A stretch of DNA of 64,000 nt. Origin: an uncultured Chloroflexia bacterium. GTDB taxonomy: Bacteria > Chloroflexota > Dehalococcoidia > GIF9 > AB-539-J10. The translations under genes and the position numbers were made by a program. The stretch covers positions 90,153-154,152 of the forward strand of contig CAVSBM010000008.1 of the NCBI GenBank assembly GCA_963726175.1. The letters are read 5' to 3'. This document shows, in pieces, positions 19,589 to 30,130 of the stretch (position 1 is the stretch's first letter; each line of letters begins with the position of its first letter). The notes under the pieces were generated by a model. It did no database searches and had not been told where the DNA came from. It saw only the letters and a list, made by a program, of their open reading frames with translations.

Positions 19589-20570
19589 CTAGATATGAAA
19601 CTCGACTATGTCGCCGTCTTGAAGGACATGTCCCTTGCTGACCCTCTGCCCGTCGTACTTTCCTGAGCCCCAAACGACAGCATACTTCAAATTCTGATAG
19701 AAGTCCTTATGGAGGGCCTCAGCAGCTTCTTCCAGCGTGCTGCCCTTTCTCCAGTACCATAGGGTCAGTCAGGTCGGCCTTGCTGCCGGGGGTCTTGGTA
19801 TAGACCCGGATTATATTCAGGGCTTGATAAATTGCTCTTTTGAACTCCTCCAGGCCGTGACCTTCCCTGGCCGAAATGGAGACCAGGGGAAACAGCTTGG
19901 CATATTGCGAACGCAAGCGCTCCCAATTTCTGCTGGAATCTGCCAGATCATTCTTGTTTCCCACGATCAACATCTTGCGGGGATAACTTCCCGGAGTTAC
20001 TTGCGTCTCATCATCCGTTAAGGGCTCTATTCTGGCTTCTCTCAGCCCTTGTAAAGCTGCCTCTACCTGGCTTACGGGCTCCAGGGATAAATCTATTACA
20101 ATAGCAATGAGGTCAGCGCTTCTCAAGACATTTGATAGCAGTACTCTCACTTCTTTGTAGCCGATGGGCGGCGTATCCACCAATTGTATCTGGATGTCTT
20201 CAAACTTCATCATGCCCGGCATAGGGGTTTTAGTCGTGAAGGGATATTCGGCTATCTCAGGGATGGCTTCGGTTACCGCCGCCAGTAGCTGTGATTTTCC
20301 GGTATTGGCTGGCCCTACTAGCATTACCTGTCCGGCGCCCTCCCGAGTAATGTAGAAGCCCGCCCTGCGGGCTGTGGCGTACTTTTTTTCTGCTTCCTGG
20401 GAGAACTTGGCAATCTTCTGTGTTAGCACAGCACGGAGCCTATCGGTGCCTTTATGGTGGGGCATAATGGCGAGCATTGCTTCCAGAGCCGCAATCTTCT
20501 CCTCCGGCTCCCTGGCTGACCTGTATCTCTTCTCAGCCTCGAAATACTGTGGCGGTAGATTTGCTGGCAT
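19589..20570 (-). CDS. OBG/DRG-type GTPase with a C-terminal TGS domain
   Basis: G1 GPANTGKS, YPFTT, DTPP and NKND motifs. The TGS tail ...GSTLEEAAEALHKDFYQNLKYAVVWGSGKYDGQRVSKGHVLQDGDIVEFHI* (stop at 19589) needs removal of one G from a GGG run near 19750. Confidence 0.75.
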
Positions 20571-20706
20571 ATAACCAATTTTAGCATTATGCCGTTTCTA
20601 ACGAAAAACTCTGTTCTTATTCTCTTCTGCTTGGCAATATAGAGGATGACATAATGCGCGTTAACATTTTAGGAAAGCTAGCTATTACTGCAAAAGGAGG
20701 GCAGAA

Positions 20707-21804
20707 ATGTGGGATGCTTCAAAGTGTAACCTGTGCGGCGACTGTCTGGTGAACTGCAGGTATGTCAATTATGACAGGGATAAGGCAATAGCTAATATTA
20801 AATTGCTCATGGAGGGCAAAGACGCCGAAATATTGAGCAAGTGTACTACCTGCATTGCCTGTAGTAGTTACTGTCCTACTGGGGCTGGCCCTGCCAACCT
20901 TATCTTCAAGATGCAGGAGAAAATAGGCACCTCTCCCATAGTAGTGGTCGGCAAACCGCTATGCGAGGAAGTAGTCCGGGCATTCGAGAAGAGAGAAGAC
21001 CAAAGGCAATTGGTAGCGGGCGCTCCTGATAAGCCAGCTCTGTCATTCGAGGCGTTCCGGTTTGACTACCAGCAGGTGATACCGGGCGACCCTGATAAGC
21101 CTGCTCTATCACTCGACGCGTTCCGGTTTGACTACTTCCCTGAGGGCACATCTAAAAGCCAGCTATTCAAGGGTCTGACCATAGTGAGAGGCGGTCAGTA
21201 TGCCTCTCTCGTCGGCTATGTGCATATGGGTGGGGCGAGCCTGGTCGAAAAGTACGGTCAGCGGGTCCTGGACAACCTGGCAAGAGTGGGCAAAGACATC
21301 GTGTACCTTCACAATGAAGGCTTTGTCCTGGCACACGTCATGGCCAAGGAGTATGGTTTCAAAGTTCCCTTCAAGTACATGCACCTGTTCGAATACCTGC
21401 GCAACTATCTGAAGGCCCACAAAAAGAACATCACCAAACTGCGCAAGAAGGTTGCCTACCACGCCAACTGTGCTACCAGATTGATCCCTGAGTATGATGA
21501 CTTTCTGGACGAGATGTTCGAGCTTGTCGGCGTGGAACGGCCCAACAGAAAATACGAGCGGTTGAACGCCGTCTGCTGCACCGCCCCGCTTATTTACGTT
21601 GACCGGGAACTTGCCGTTGACATCCAGAAGAAGAACTTCGAGGATGCGATTGCCTGCGGTGCTGAGGCCATCATAACTTCCTGCCCTCTATGTCAAAGAG
21701 TGCCTACGCGACCCAGCTTGCAGTTCAATCTGCCCAACATATTCATCACTGATCTGTGCCGCATCGCCCTCGGCGAAAAGCCCTGGCCGGATGGCTCGCG
21801 GTAG
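20707..21804 (+). CDS. Fe-S oxidoreductase with two CCG domains (GlpC/LutA/HdrD-like)
   Basis: N-terminal CNLCGDCLVNC and CTTCIACSSYCP motifs, and C-terminal AVCCTAP / SCPLC motifs. Confidence 0.7.
   Translation: MWDASKCNLCGDCLVNCRYVNYDRDKAIANIKLLMEGKDAEILSKCTTCIACSSYCPTGAGPANLIFKMQEKIGTSPIVVVGKPLCEEVVRAFEKREDQRQLVAGAPDKPALSFEAFRFDYQQVIPGDPDKPALSLDAFRFDYFPEGTSKSQLFKGLTIVRGGQYASLVGYVHMGGASLVEKYGQRVLDNLARVGKDIVYLHNEGFVLAHVMAKEYGFKVPFKYMHLFEYLRNYLKAHKKNITKLRKKVAYHANCATRLIPEYDDFLDEMFELVGVERPNRKYERLNAVCCTAPLIYVDRELAVDIQKKNFEDAIACGAEAIITSCPLCQRVPTRPSLQFNLPNIFITDLCRIALGEKPWPDGSR
21021..21135 (+). repeat. In-frame tandem duplication (~66-bp period) inside the CCG-domain gene
   Basis: GAPDKPALSFEAFRFDY(QQVIP)GDPDKPALSLDAFRFDY. 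The two ~50-bp DNA units are visibly alike. Confidence 0.8.
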
Positions 21805-21931
21805 CGAAGCTGCGATGAGTTCATTATTTTGACAGCGCCGGTGTTCTACTATAGGCAGTGTAGGCTTTCGTTCAATATAGGCGACTCTAGCTTGGCATGT
21901 GGTATGATTGTTGGTGGCAGGGCAAAGACTC

Positions 21932-22644
21932 ATGATCAGTTCCAGAACAATTAAGAAGAGGATAATTCAATACGGAGCAGATATCTGTGGGGTTGCTCCA
22001 GTGACTCGGTTTGCGGATGCCCCGAGAGGCTTCCACCCGTGTGATATCTATCCGATTGTAGATCAGTAATTGTCTTTGCATCTCGTTTTCCCTTAAGCAC
22101 CCTTCAGGCTAAAGCCAATGCGCCCTATACCCTGGTGAGGAACAGAATGGTCGATAAGTTGGACGGGATTTCCTTTTGTGTGTCCGGTGAATTAGAAGCG
22201 GAAGGCGTTGTGTCGGTTCCGATTCCCTCCGCCGACCCATATGAATATTGGGATGCAGGCCGGAGACACGGAAGAGGGATTCTATCACTAAAACACGCAG
22301 GTGTCCTCGCTGGGCTAGGGGTACTTGGGAAGAATACCCTTCTTGTGAACGAGAGGTTCGGGAATATGATCTGGCTTGGGGCTATTCTTGTGTCTGTTGA
22401 TTTAGAGGCCGATCAGATTGCATCTTATGAAGGTTGTATCTCTGGATGCACGTTGTGTATAGATTCATGTCCACAGCATGCTCTTGATGGGATAACCATT
22501 GACCAGATGTTATGTAGAGAGCGTTCTAATTCTTACACCGATGGTGGCGGGTTGGTTCTTTCGTGCAATATCTGTCGAAAAGTTTGCCCCTATCATAAAG
22601 GTCTTCTAGAAAAGCAACGAAAAAACGAATCGGTTAAGGCTTAG
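21932..22644 (+). pseudogene. QueG-like 4Fe-4S dicluster protein, one frameshift
   Basis: MISSRTIKKRIIQYGADICGVAPVTRFADAPRGFHPCDIYP, then SVIVFASRFPL...GKNTLLVNERFGNMIWLG...CISGCTLCIDSCP...CNICRKVCP. The frames join if a G is added near 22053. Confidence 0.55.
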
Positions 22645-22760
22645 TTGCCGGCCTGTCTTGTTCGTCTGGCCATTTGGCTGTTTAGGGCGTAAGCTGTTTT
22701 CTGGAACCGGCTTCGGTCTGACGAAGTCTATCGGAGGAGGGTGACGATATTACCCTTCTG

Positions 22761-22800
22761 GTAGGCCGTACTGGATTTGAACCCGTGATACCCTGACCTT
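22761..22800 (-). other. tRNA/tmRNA 3'-end-like fragment (possible att remnant)
   Basis: The minus strand reads ...GGTCAGGGTATCACGGGTTCAAATCCAGTACGGCCTACCA. This has a T-loop TTCAAAT, a 7-nt acceptor strand, a discriminator A and CCA. No complementary 5' acceptor strand (AGGCCGT/GGGCCGT) occurs within 400 nt. Confidence 0.5.
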
Positions 22801-23133
22801 GCAAAGAGCAATTCTTGATAGCTTTATATTGGCGGTTTAGCTTCGATAGTCTTCTTCCGCGATGGGGTGGCACTCTGGAGGGATGGTCCCTAGCTTGCAA
22901 TAGACTCAATTCCTGGGGTCAGGGGCTCCGGAATTCAGGCCAGAAAGCACCTGAGAGGCCCGAGAAAGGGGATTAAACCTCGTCCACGTCTAATTTTGCT
23001 TGACGAGCAGAGCCACCGCAGATTCTGTTCCCTTTTCTCATTTAGTGTGGGTGTGACCTGTAATCCGAACTCATGGCGTAATGACCGAGGGTCAGTCTTT
23101 CCCACTCTGCACCGGTGATAAGGCCTTGTGTAT

Positions 23134-23475
23134 TCAGCGCCAAGGCCTGAATAGCCTTTGCCACCATTTTTGCTTATGGGTCTGCTTAGGGGCTTCCAGA
23201 AGCAGTAGTCGTTGCTCAAGCAATTCTGCTTTAGCTTTCCAATAGCCGACTTCCTGGGATAGTTGCTCTATTCTATTGATAAGGGGTTGGACTTGCTGGG
23301 TATCATCTGACAAGGGCTTAGTGGGCAGGGGTAGATCTTCGATAATGTACGACTCCCCGAATTTGGTAGGGACAAGCTTAGCTTTGAGCTTGCCGGACTT
23401 GATATACCGGCGGATGGTGACTATTGAGACCCCTAAGGCCTGAGCAGCCTCTCTCAGTGTATAACCACTCATCAA
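23134..23475 (-). CDS. Excisionase/MerR-type HTH DNA-binding protein with a coiled-coil tail
   Basis: YTLREAAQALGVSIVTIRRYIKSGKLKAKLV. Confidence 0.6.
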   Translation of the reverse strand: MMSGYTLREAAQALGVSIVTIRRYIKSGKLKAKLVPTKFGESYIIEDLPLPTKPLSDDTQQVQPLINRIEQLSQEVGYWKAKAELLEQRLLLLEAPKQTHKQKWWQRLFRPWR

Positions 23476-23734
23476 GAATATTATAGCACCTTAGTCAATC
23501 CCCTTGAAATAGGGTTAATCAGTCTGATTAGGGTGTTGTGGGCCTACCTGACAAGGGGCAAAGGTGAGGGATACAGAATTGGATGTTTGGAATCCTGACC
23601 GGGAGCTATGGAGAGTCAGAATTGAGACGTTGTTGTCAAACGCAGGGGTGTTGGCCTGAGAAAGGCACGTGTGGCGTTTTGAGTCATGAGGGTCTATGGG
23701 AGTGTTATGGCGAGATTGTGCCCGTCTTGTGGTC

Positions 23735-24425
23735 TCATGCTGATCCTGTATAGAGAACGGCCAATATCTTCGCTGGGAGTGGTACCAGCACACCTAACGA
23801 AGTGGGGTTGATTAGAGTCGTAATAGACGGCATCGCCAGGCTTGAGAAAATCAGCGTGTTCCCCGACCTGCACTTTCGCTTCGCCCTCCAGGATATATAG
23901 AAACTCCTGTCCGGCGTGGGTAGAGAACTCTTCCGTCTCAGTGGGCACCAGCGTAATAATGAAGGGCTCCATCAATCGGTTAGCCTTATCAGGGGCCAGG
24001 GATTCGTAGGAGTAGCCGTACAGCATGCTTTTGGCCTCTCCGTAGCGAGACACCAGCCGTCGTTCATGCTTGCGGACCACGGTCATAGGCTTGTCGATTC
24101 CCGGAGATATGAAGTAGCCCATCTTCATGTCCAGCGCTTTGCCCAGCCTCACCAGCTGCCCTAACGCGGGTATTACTTTGCTCGATTCTATACGTCCCAG
24201 GGTGTCTATATCTATGCCTGTTCGACTGCTGAGATCCTTAATGGTGAGCCCCCGTATCTCTCGAACCCTCCGAATCCGGTCGCCGAGGGATTCCTTTCCC
24301 TCCTCAACTGCTTCCATACGGGTGAGGTTAGCGAGGTCAGTGAGAAGATCATCGTGCCTCGCTGCGCTACTCTTAGCCGGACTGGATCTGCCAGAAGTCT
24401 TGCGTTTTGCCCTTTCGCTTTTCAT
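23735..24425 (-). CDS. XRE-family HTH regulator with a C-terminal cupin domain
   Basis: LGDRIRRVREIRGLTIKDLSSRTGIDIDTLGRIESS plus HAGQEFLYILEGEAKVQV...GDAVYYDSNQPH. The canonical end AKILAVLYTGSA* (stop at 23735) is in another frame; the as-read ORF runs to 23694. The start is the ATG at 24425. Confidence 0.75.
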
Positions 24426-24438
24426 GGTGCCCTTCTTT

Positions 24439-25602
24439 CTAGATTGCCCTTCCCGACACGCCGATGTTGCGGGCAATCACGATGCGTAGTATTTCTGAGG
24501 TTCCCTCGCCGATCTCGAGAAGCCGCTGGTCCCGATATAATCTCTCCACTTCATAATCCTTCATCAGGCCATACCCTCCGTGAAGTTGAACTGCGTGGTG
24601 AACACAGCGACGCATGACTTCGGAACAGAACAATTTTGCCATGGCCGCCTCTTTAGTGATGGGACGTTCATTTTCTCGCAGCCAGCAGACCTTGTAGAGA
24701 AGGTTTCTGGCCAGTTCAACCTCTAACGCCATGTCGGCTAGCTTGAAGGCGTTGACTTGAAATGAAGCGATGGGTCGTCCAAATTGGATGCGTGAATTGG
24801 CGTATTGGAGAGCCAATTCAAAAGCTGCCTGAGACCCGCCCAGCCCCATGGCGGCGATGCTGAGGCGTCCGCCGTCCAGTGTGGCCAGCATTTGGTGGAA
24901 GCCGTCGCCCCTCTTGCCCAGGAGATTTGCCTTGGGCACGACACAATCGTCGAAAAAAAGTTCACCCGTGTTGGATGCTCGCCACATCATCTTGTCCTTC
25001 ATCTCCTTAGGTGTGAACCCAGGAGTGCCGCTGGGAACAATGAGGCAGCTAATCTCTGGCTTGCCATCCTCACGTTTGCCGGTAACCGCCTGGACAATAA
25101 TGACACCGGTCAGCGAGCAAGCCGAGTTGGTGATAAAGATCTTGTGCCCATTGATGGTCCAGTAGTCCCCTCCAAGTTTTGCGGTGGTTCGAGAGCTCCC
25201 AGCGTCGGAGCCAGCATCAGGCTCCGTGAGACCAAACGCAGCTAGGCACTCTCCTGTACAGAGCCTGGGAAGCCATTCTTGTTTTTGCTTTTCATTGCCG
25301 AAGTAATAGATAGGGCCGATTCCCAGAGAGTTTCCGGCCGCGATAGTAGCGGCCTGAGAAGCATCAATCCTGGCCAGCTCTTCGACCGCAATTGCATACG
25401 AGATATACCCCATGTTGGAGCCGCCATATTTCTCTGGAACAAAGCATCCCAGCAGCCCCAGGTCCGCCATTTTGCGGGTTATCTCGACAGAAAACTCCTC
25501 CCTTTCGTCTAGCTTTCGGGCGATGGGAGCTATTTGTTTTTCAGCGAACGCCCGAATGGCCTGGCGGGTTAGATTCTGCTCCTCGCTCAAATCAAAATTC
25601 AT
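24439..25602 (-). CDS. Acyl-CoA dehydrogenase (short/medium-chain type)
   Basis: 387 aa. Contains GLTEPDAGSDAGS, YWTINGHKIFITN and QLHGGYGLMKDYEVERLYRDQRLLEIGEGTSEI. Confidence 0.9.
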   Translation of the reverse strand: MNFDLSEEQNLTRQAIRAFAEKQIAPIARKLDEREEFSVEITRKMADLGLLGCFVPEKYGGSNMGYISYAIAVEELARIDASQAATIAAGNSLGIGPIYYFGNEKQKQEWLPRLCTGECLAAFGLTEPDAGSDAGSSRTTAKLGGDYWTINGHKIFITNSACSLTGVIIVQAVTGKREDGKPEISCLIVPSGTPGFTPKEMKDKMMWRASNTGELFFDDCVVPKANLLGKRGDGFHQMLATLDGGRLSIAAMGLGGSQAAFELALQYANSRIQFGRPIASFQVNAFKLADMALEVELARNLLYKVCWLRENERPITKEAAMAKLFCSEVMRRCVHHAVQLHGGYGLMKDYEVERLYRDQRLLEIGEGTSEILRIVIARNIGVSGRAI

Positions 25603-25646
25603 GGCTCAAAAACCGATACCTAGATTACTCTTGGTAACCAGTCCTT

Positions 25647-26441
25647 CTACTTCTTTCCTAGCACAACGCCCGCAGGGTCTATTACTTCACGCAGTATTTG
25701 CAAATGCTGAGCAGCGGGCTCGGGGCTTGTTCCGATATTATCAGGTATAATTATATCAAACTCGCTATTCTCCTTGACCTCGGCTGTACTTATACCTGGA
25801 TGCAATGAAAGCAACCTTAGCCTCTTTGTCTTTTCCTCGAAATCGAATATGCCCAGCTGTGTAATGACTCTGTACGGGCCTGACCCGCTGGCTAATCCGG
25901 CTTTCTCCCTTGACCCGGGACCATCCAGATAGCCAGGCGTCGTCAGGAAATCTACTCTATTGACGAAAGTTCTCCGAGACTGATTTGCGATGATGGTTAT
26001 GAGTCTCTGGGCGAAGGAGCCGCCATCATTAGCACCGCCGCTACCGGGTAAACGAACCTTGGGTGAATCGTGCGGGCCAATAACCGTAGTATTGATATTG
26101 CCATACATATCGATCTGCGCTGCGCCCAAAAAAGCGTAATCAGCATACCCAGCCTGACACAGTGACATAACCTCATGCATGCTGGAAGCAGCTACCCCTT
26201 TGTAATAAGTTGTCGACTCGCCCACTGATACGGGCAGTTCAGGCAATAGAGGCCCAACTCCACCAGCCTCAAACATTATGAGCAGATTAGGAGCGTGAGT
26301 TTTTTGAGCCAACATGGCGGTTATTATAGGAAGCCCTGTCCCCACCAGAATCGACTTCTTATCTTCGAGCACACTCGCCCCGATAAATGCTAGGTACTCT
26401 CTTAAACTGTATCTATGTTCAACAACACCTGTTATTGGCAT
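25647..26441 (-). CDS. CoA-transferase subunit B (glutaconate/3-oxoacid CoA-transferase family)
   Basis: 264 aa, with FEAGGVGP and GAAQIDMYGNINTTVIG. It is paired with subunit A. Confidence 0.85.
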   Translation of the reverse strand: MPITGVVEHRYSLREYLAFIGASVLEDKKSILVGTGLPIITAMLAQKTHAPNLLIMFEAGGVGPLLPELPVSVGESTTYYKGVAASSMHEVMSLCQAGYADYAFLGAAQIDMYGNINTTVIGPHDSPKVRLPGSGGANDGGSFAQRLITIIANQSRRTFVNRVDFLTTPGYLDGPGSREKAGLASGSGPYRVITQLGIFDFEEKTKRLRLLSLHPGISTAEVKENSEFDIIIPDNIGTSPEPAAQHLQILREVIDPAGVVLGKK

Positions 26442-26445
26442 ACGC

Positions 26446-27393
26446 TCAAGCCTCCTTCCTCCATGGGGCTATCATCGGTTCCTTGAGGAACTCTCTTCTT
26501 TTCAGGTAATTAATCTTCTTTATGCCCCCACAAAGTTCTAAATACTCCTCGAAGCCATCAACGCCGAAAACGTATTTGTTGAGATACGTGTCCACACCTT
26601 CAGGCACTCTGGAAAGCTCTAACCATTCGGCTATATTTTGTTCGTCATAGTAATACATACCCGGCATCTCACAGGGATGAGAGCCATATGGAACTTCAAC
26701 CACAGCATCAACTACAAAGAATGGTATCTTTGTCTTCCAGGGTTCCCTTCGTATTAGTTCATCGTCCACAATTTCTTCCGTTGTTAATATAAGTCTTCGT
26801 GCGCACCTTGATAATTCAATGTCTTCCACCACTGTACTGTCTATCTGGGCATTACCATACATATCGCAGCGGTGAACATGAATAAAGGCTGCATCAGGAT
26901 AAGCCGCTGGAATGAGATTTATCGGTTTGCCGCTAAAGGGGTCTTTTACGACTTTGCAGGAACTGTAGTTGCCCGTGTCAGTGCCCAGCAAATTACGACT
27001 GGGTATGAAGGGAAGTCCCATCATGCCAGCCAAGAATCGCCATTGATACGCAGCATTGCTCGTTTCTGCAATCACCCTGCATTGGCCGGTTTCTACCATT
27101 CTCCTCGAAGCCGGAGATAGTCCCCTGAGTTCGTGACCAAAGGAATAAGCTACTTCAACCTTGTTAACGCAACCCGCACCCACCAATATATCAAGGTCAT
27201 GGACTGCTGTCTTGCCGGCCATAGCCAGATTGCGTTTTTTCTGCCTGACGATTTCGTAGACAATAGCCATCGCTACTCTGACATGCCCGAAGCCTCCGCT
27301 AGCTATAAAATCTCCGTTATGAATAAATCTGGAGACAGCCTCCTTGACTGACATGGTCTTATCCTTCAGTTCGCGTGACTTGTTCTCACGCAC
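26446..27393 (-). CDS. CoA-transferase subunit A
   Basis: MSVKEAVSRFIHNGDFIASGGFG... The frame stays open upstream to 27471 (see the finding on the start codon). Confidence 0.85.
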   Translation of the reverse strand: MRENKSRELKDKTMSVKEAVSRFIHNGDFIASGGFGHVRVAMAIVYEIVRQKKRNLAMAGKTAVHDLDILVGAGCVNKVEVAYSFGHELRGLSPASRRMVETGQCRVIAETSNAAYQWRFLAGMMGLPFIPSRNLLGTDTGNYSSCKVVKDPFSGKPINLIPAAYPDAAFIHVHRCDMYGNAQIDSTVVEDIELSRCARRLILTTEEIVDDELIRREPWKTKIPFFVVDAVVEVPYGSHPCEMPGMYYYDEQNIAEWLELSRVPEGVDTYLNKYVFGVDGFEEYLELCGGIKKINYLKRREFLKEPMIAPWRKEA

Positions 27394-27573
27394 CCATTGT
27401 CTGGCCTCATCTGGATCGTGCCAGCCTAGAAGCTCCCCTTTACCTTCGCTTAATATTTCCGTCTTTGCCTCCTAACGACTCAGCTACGTTGTTGAAGTGT
27501 GTCTGAGCAATGTCGCTGCTGGGTCCAGTTGCTGCTCAACTTCTCGGCTTCTCGTGCTTCTTATGAGAGGAGA

Positions 27574-29536
27574 TTAAGATTTGAGTACTCCTTCTTCAAC
27601 AAGCTTCTCATAGTAATCCAGGCATTGGGGATTGCACAGGGCATCCCTGTTCAGTGACAGGTCTGCCATGGATTATGTTTGTGACAGCGCTTTCGACCTT
27701 CTTCATGTTCGTGGTGTAAGGAATATCCGGTACCGCAATGATTCTCGCCGGGACGTGTCTTGGGGAAGCTTTCTCACGGAGGTTCTTCCTGATTTTGCTC
27801 TCCAGATCTTCCGTCAGATGATATCCTTCAGCCAATTTGACAAAAAGGAGGACACGCTGGTCTCCCTCCCATGTCTGCCCTATCGCCAAGCTATCAGCGA
27901 TCTCCGGCAGCCCTTCCATTACGTTATAGATCTCGGCTGTACCTATGCGAACGCCGGATGGTTTCAGTACTGAATCAGAGCGACCATAGAAAGTAGCTCC
28001 CCCAGTGTCACTATGAAATACGATGTAGTCCCCATGACGCCAGACACCGGGGTAAACACCAAAATAAGCGTCCCTGTATTTCTTACCAGCCGGATCATTC
28101 CAGAAATAAAGCGGCATAGGCGGGGCAGCCGCTTCGCAGACTAGTTCGCCTTGTTGGTCAAATATGGGACGACCTTTCTCATCATACGCTTTCACCTTCA
28201 TCCCCAAACCCGGTCCCTGCAATTCACCAGCGTATACAGGTTGAATCGGACTTCCAGTGAAAAAGCAGCCATTGATGTCTGTGCCACCTGAACTGGAATT
28301 AAAATGCAGGTCCTTCTTGATTTCCTGATACACGTACTCAAACCCTTCCGCCGAGAGCGGCGAACCGGTCTGCCATATCTGTTTTAGTGATGATAAATCG
28401 TAATCATTAGCCGGCTTAATGTGTTCGTTTCTGAGGTAGTTGATGTAGCTGGCGCTGCAGCCAAACATGGTGACTTTTTCATCCTGAATCAGCTTCCACA
28501 TGGCCCCCGGCCCAGGGTAGGTAGGATTACCATCATACAAAACAATGGTGTTACCTGTGGCCAAAGAAGTCAGCATCCAATTCCACATCATCCAGCTACA
28601 AGTTGTGATAAAGAAGTGAACATCTTCTCGCTTCAAACCGGTGTGGATTATTAATTCCTTCAATTGATTGACCAGAATTCCGGCTGCTCCTTGAACCATG
28701 CACTTCGGCTTGCCGGTCGTCCCTGACGAAAACATGATAAACACAGGATGGTCTGCGGGCAACTGTTCAAATTGAATTTCGGGCGTCCCTCTTGACAGGA
28801 AATCGTCATAATATACAGAGTTAGGAATACGGCTAATATCGGGTTTTTCTTCCCTGTAGCGGGCCACTACGACTTTCTCAATAGAGGGTATCCCCTTCAC
28901 AATTTCAGCAGCGCTGGAAAGAGAATCGAAAGCTTTCCCTTTATAGAAATAGCCATCAACGGTAAACAAAACTCTTGGTTCGATTTGACCAAAGCGATCA
29001 ACAGCTGCTCCAGGACCGATATCCGTAGCACACGAAGCCCAGACAGCACCAATACTCGTACTGGCAAGCATCGCCACAGCTGTCTCTATCATATTGGGCA
29101 TGTAGGCAGCTACCCGGTCTCCAGGCTTGACTCCTATTCTGCGAAGAGATTCCGCCAGGCGTCCTACAGAGTTATACAGTTCAGCGTAACTCATCCTCGC
29201 TGACTTCTGAGTCTCTCCTTTAAAGACGAAGGCTGTGTTCTCATCCCTATATCTCAATAGATTTTCGGCGAAATTTAGCCTCGCTCCAGCAAACCATTTT
29301 GCGCCTGGCATCTTGGTCACATCGTCAACCACCATTTCGTAGCCTTTGGAGGCCTTCACCTCAACAAAATCCCACACAGAAGCCCAGAAATCCGGTATCT
29401 TGTCTATGGACCAGTCATAAAGTTCTTTATAGGAATGAAGGTTCTGTTTATGTCGTCTATTGACGAACTTCATAAAACTGGTTATATTGGCATTCTTCTT
29501 TCGCTCTTCCGTCGGCTCCCAAAGTAACTTGCCCAT
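27574..29536 (-). CDS. Acetoacetate-CoA ligase (acetoacetyl-CoA synthetase)
   Basis: LWEPTEERKKNANITSFMKFV...DWSIDKIPDFWASVWDF and FSSGTTGKPKC. The canonical tail NRDALCNPQCLDYYEKLVEEGVLKS* (stop at 27574) is reached after a 1-nt shift near 27650; the as-read ORF stops at 27608. Confidence 0.85.
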
Positions 29537-29596
29537 GCCGTCCCTCCTCTTATTCTGTTGGTACTTCTGCCAATTGGGTTGCCATCCGTTACCTGC

Positions 29597-30118
29597 CTAA
29601 GACCGAGTAGCCCCATCATTGAGTACAGGGATCCAGTATATATCAAGAATCGTGTTGGTGGGGTCTTCTGTCCGGAAGCAGGCCTTCACCTTCATGCCTA
29701 TTTCAGGCGTTCCGTATTGCAGATAGCCCTTAAATATGGTGCACACGCCAGGCAACTCAACATCAATTTGGAAATAGGGAGTGGTGAGTTCTATGCCAGC
29801 ACCAGCGTACTCTACGCGCGCGTAAGTGTGCACTGTGCCAATTACCGGCTGGGGTAATTCTTCCCAGGTCATTGGCTGGTTGCAGTCTGGGCAGTCAGCC
29901 CGCGGTGGGAGCCAGAGCCTGTGCTCTCCACATTCAGGATTGACGCATCTGGTGGCCAGTAACCTTCCCTCTGTGAGACCTTTGAAGAACTGGGAAAGTT
30001 TCCCATAGGTATGCCTGTGTGCCAAACTCCTAGGCCACTCTATTACTATGGCTGGTTCAGATTGAAGAACCTTTGCAGGCTTGCCAGTATATTTGGTTAT
30101 CTTTCTCTTTGCTGCCAC
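29597..30118 (-). CDS. DUF35 Zn-ribbon/OB-fold protein (thiolase partner)
   Basis: CVNPECGEHRLWLPPRADCPDCN followed by an OB-fold segment. It lies directly downstream of the thiolase-like gene. Confidence 0.8.
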   Translation of the reverse strand: MAAKRKITKYTGKPAKVLQSEPAIVIEWPRSLAHRHTYGKLSQFFKGLTEGRLLATRCVNPECGEHRLWLPPRADCPDCNQPMTWEELPQPVIGTVHTYARVEYAGAGIELTTPYFQIDVELPGVCTIFKGYLQYGTPEIGMKVKACFRTEDPTNTILDIYWIPVLNDGATRS

Positions 30119-30130
30119 GGTTTTCCTCCT

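Noticed and set aside
22740-23130. Possible complete tmRNA or tRNA gene on the minus strand (TTCAAATCC T-loop and ACCA end).
   Set aside because: No 5' acceptor strand complementary to ACGGCCT lies within 400 nt. No GGATTCGAC-type tmRNA 5' motif or tag-ORF was recognised, and the anticodon arm cannot be folded by hand. It is kept only as a 3' fragment.
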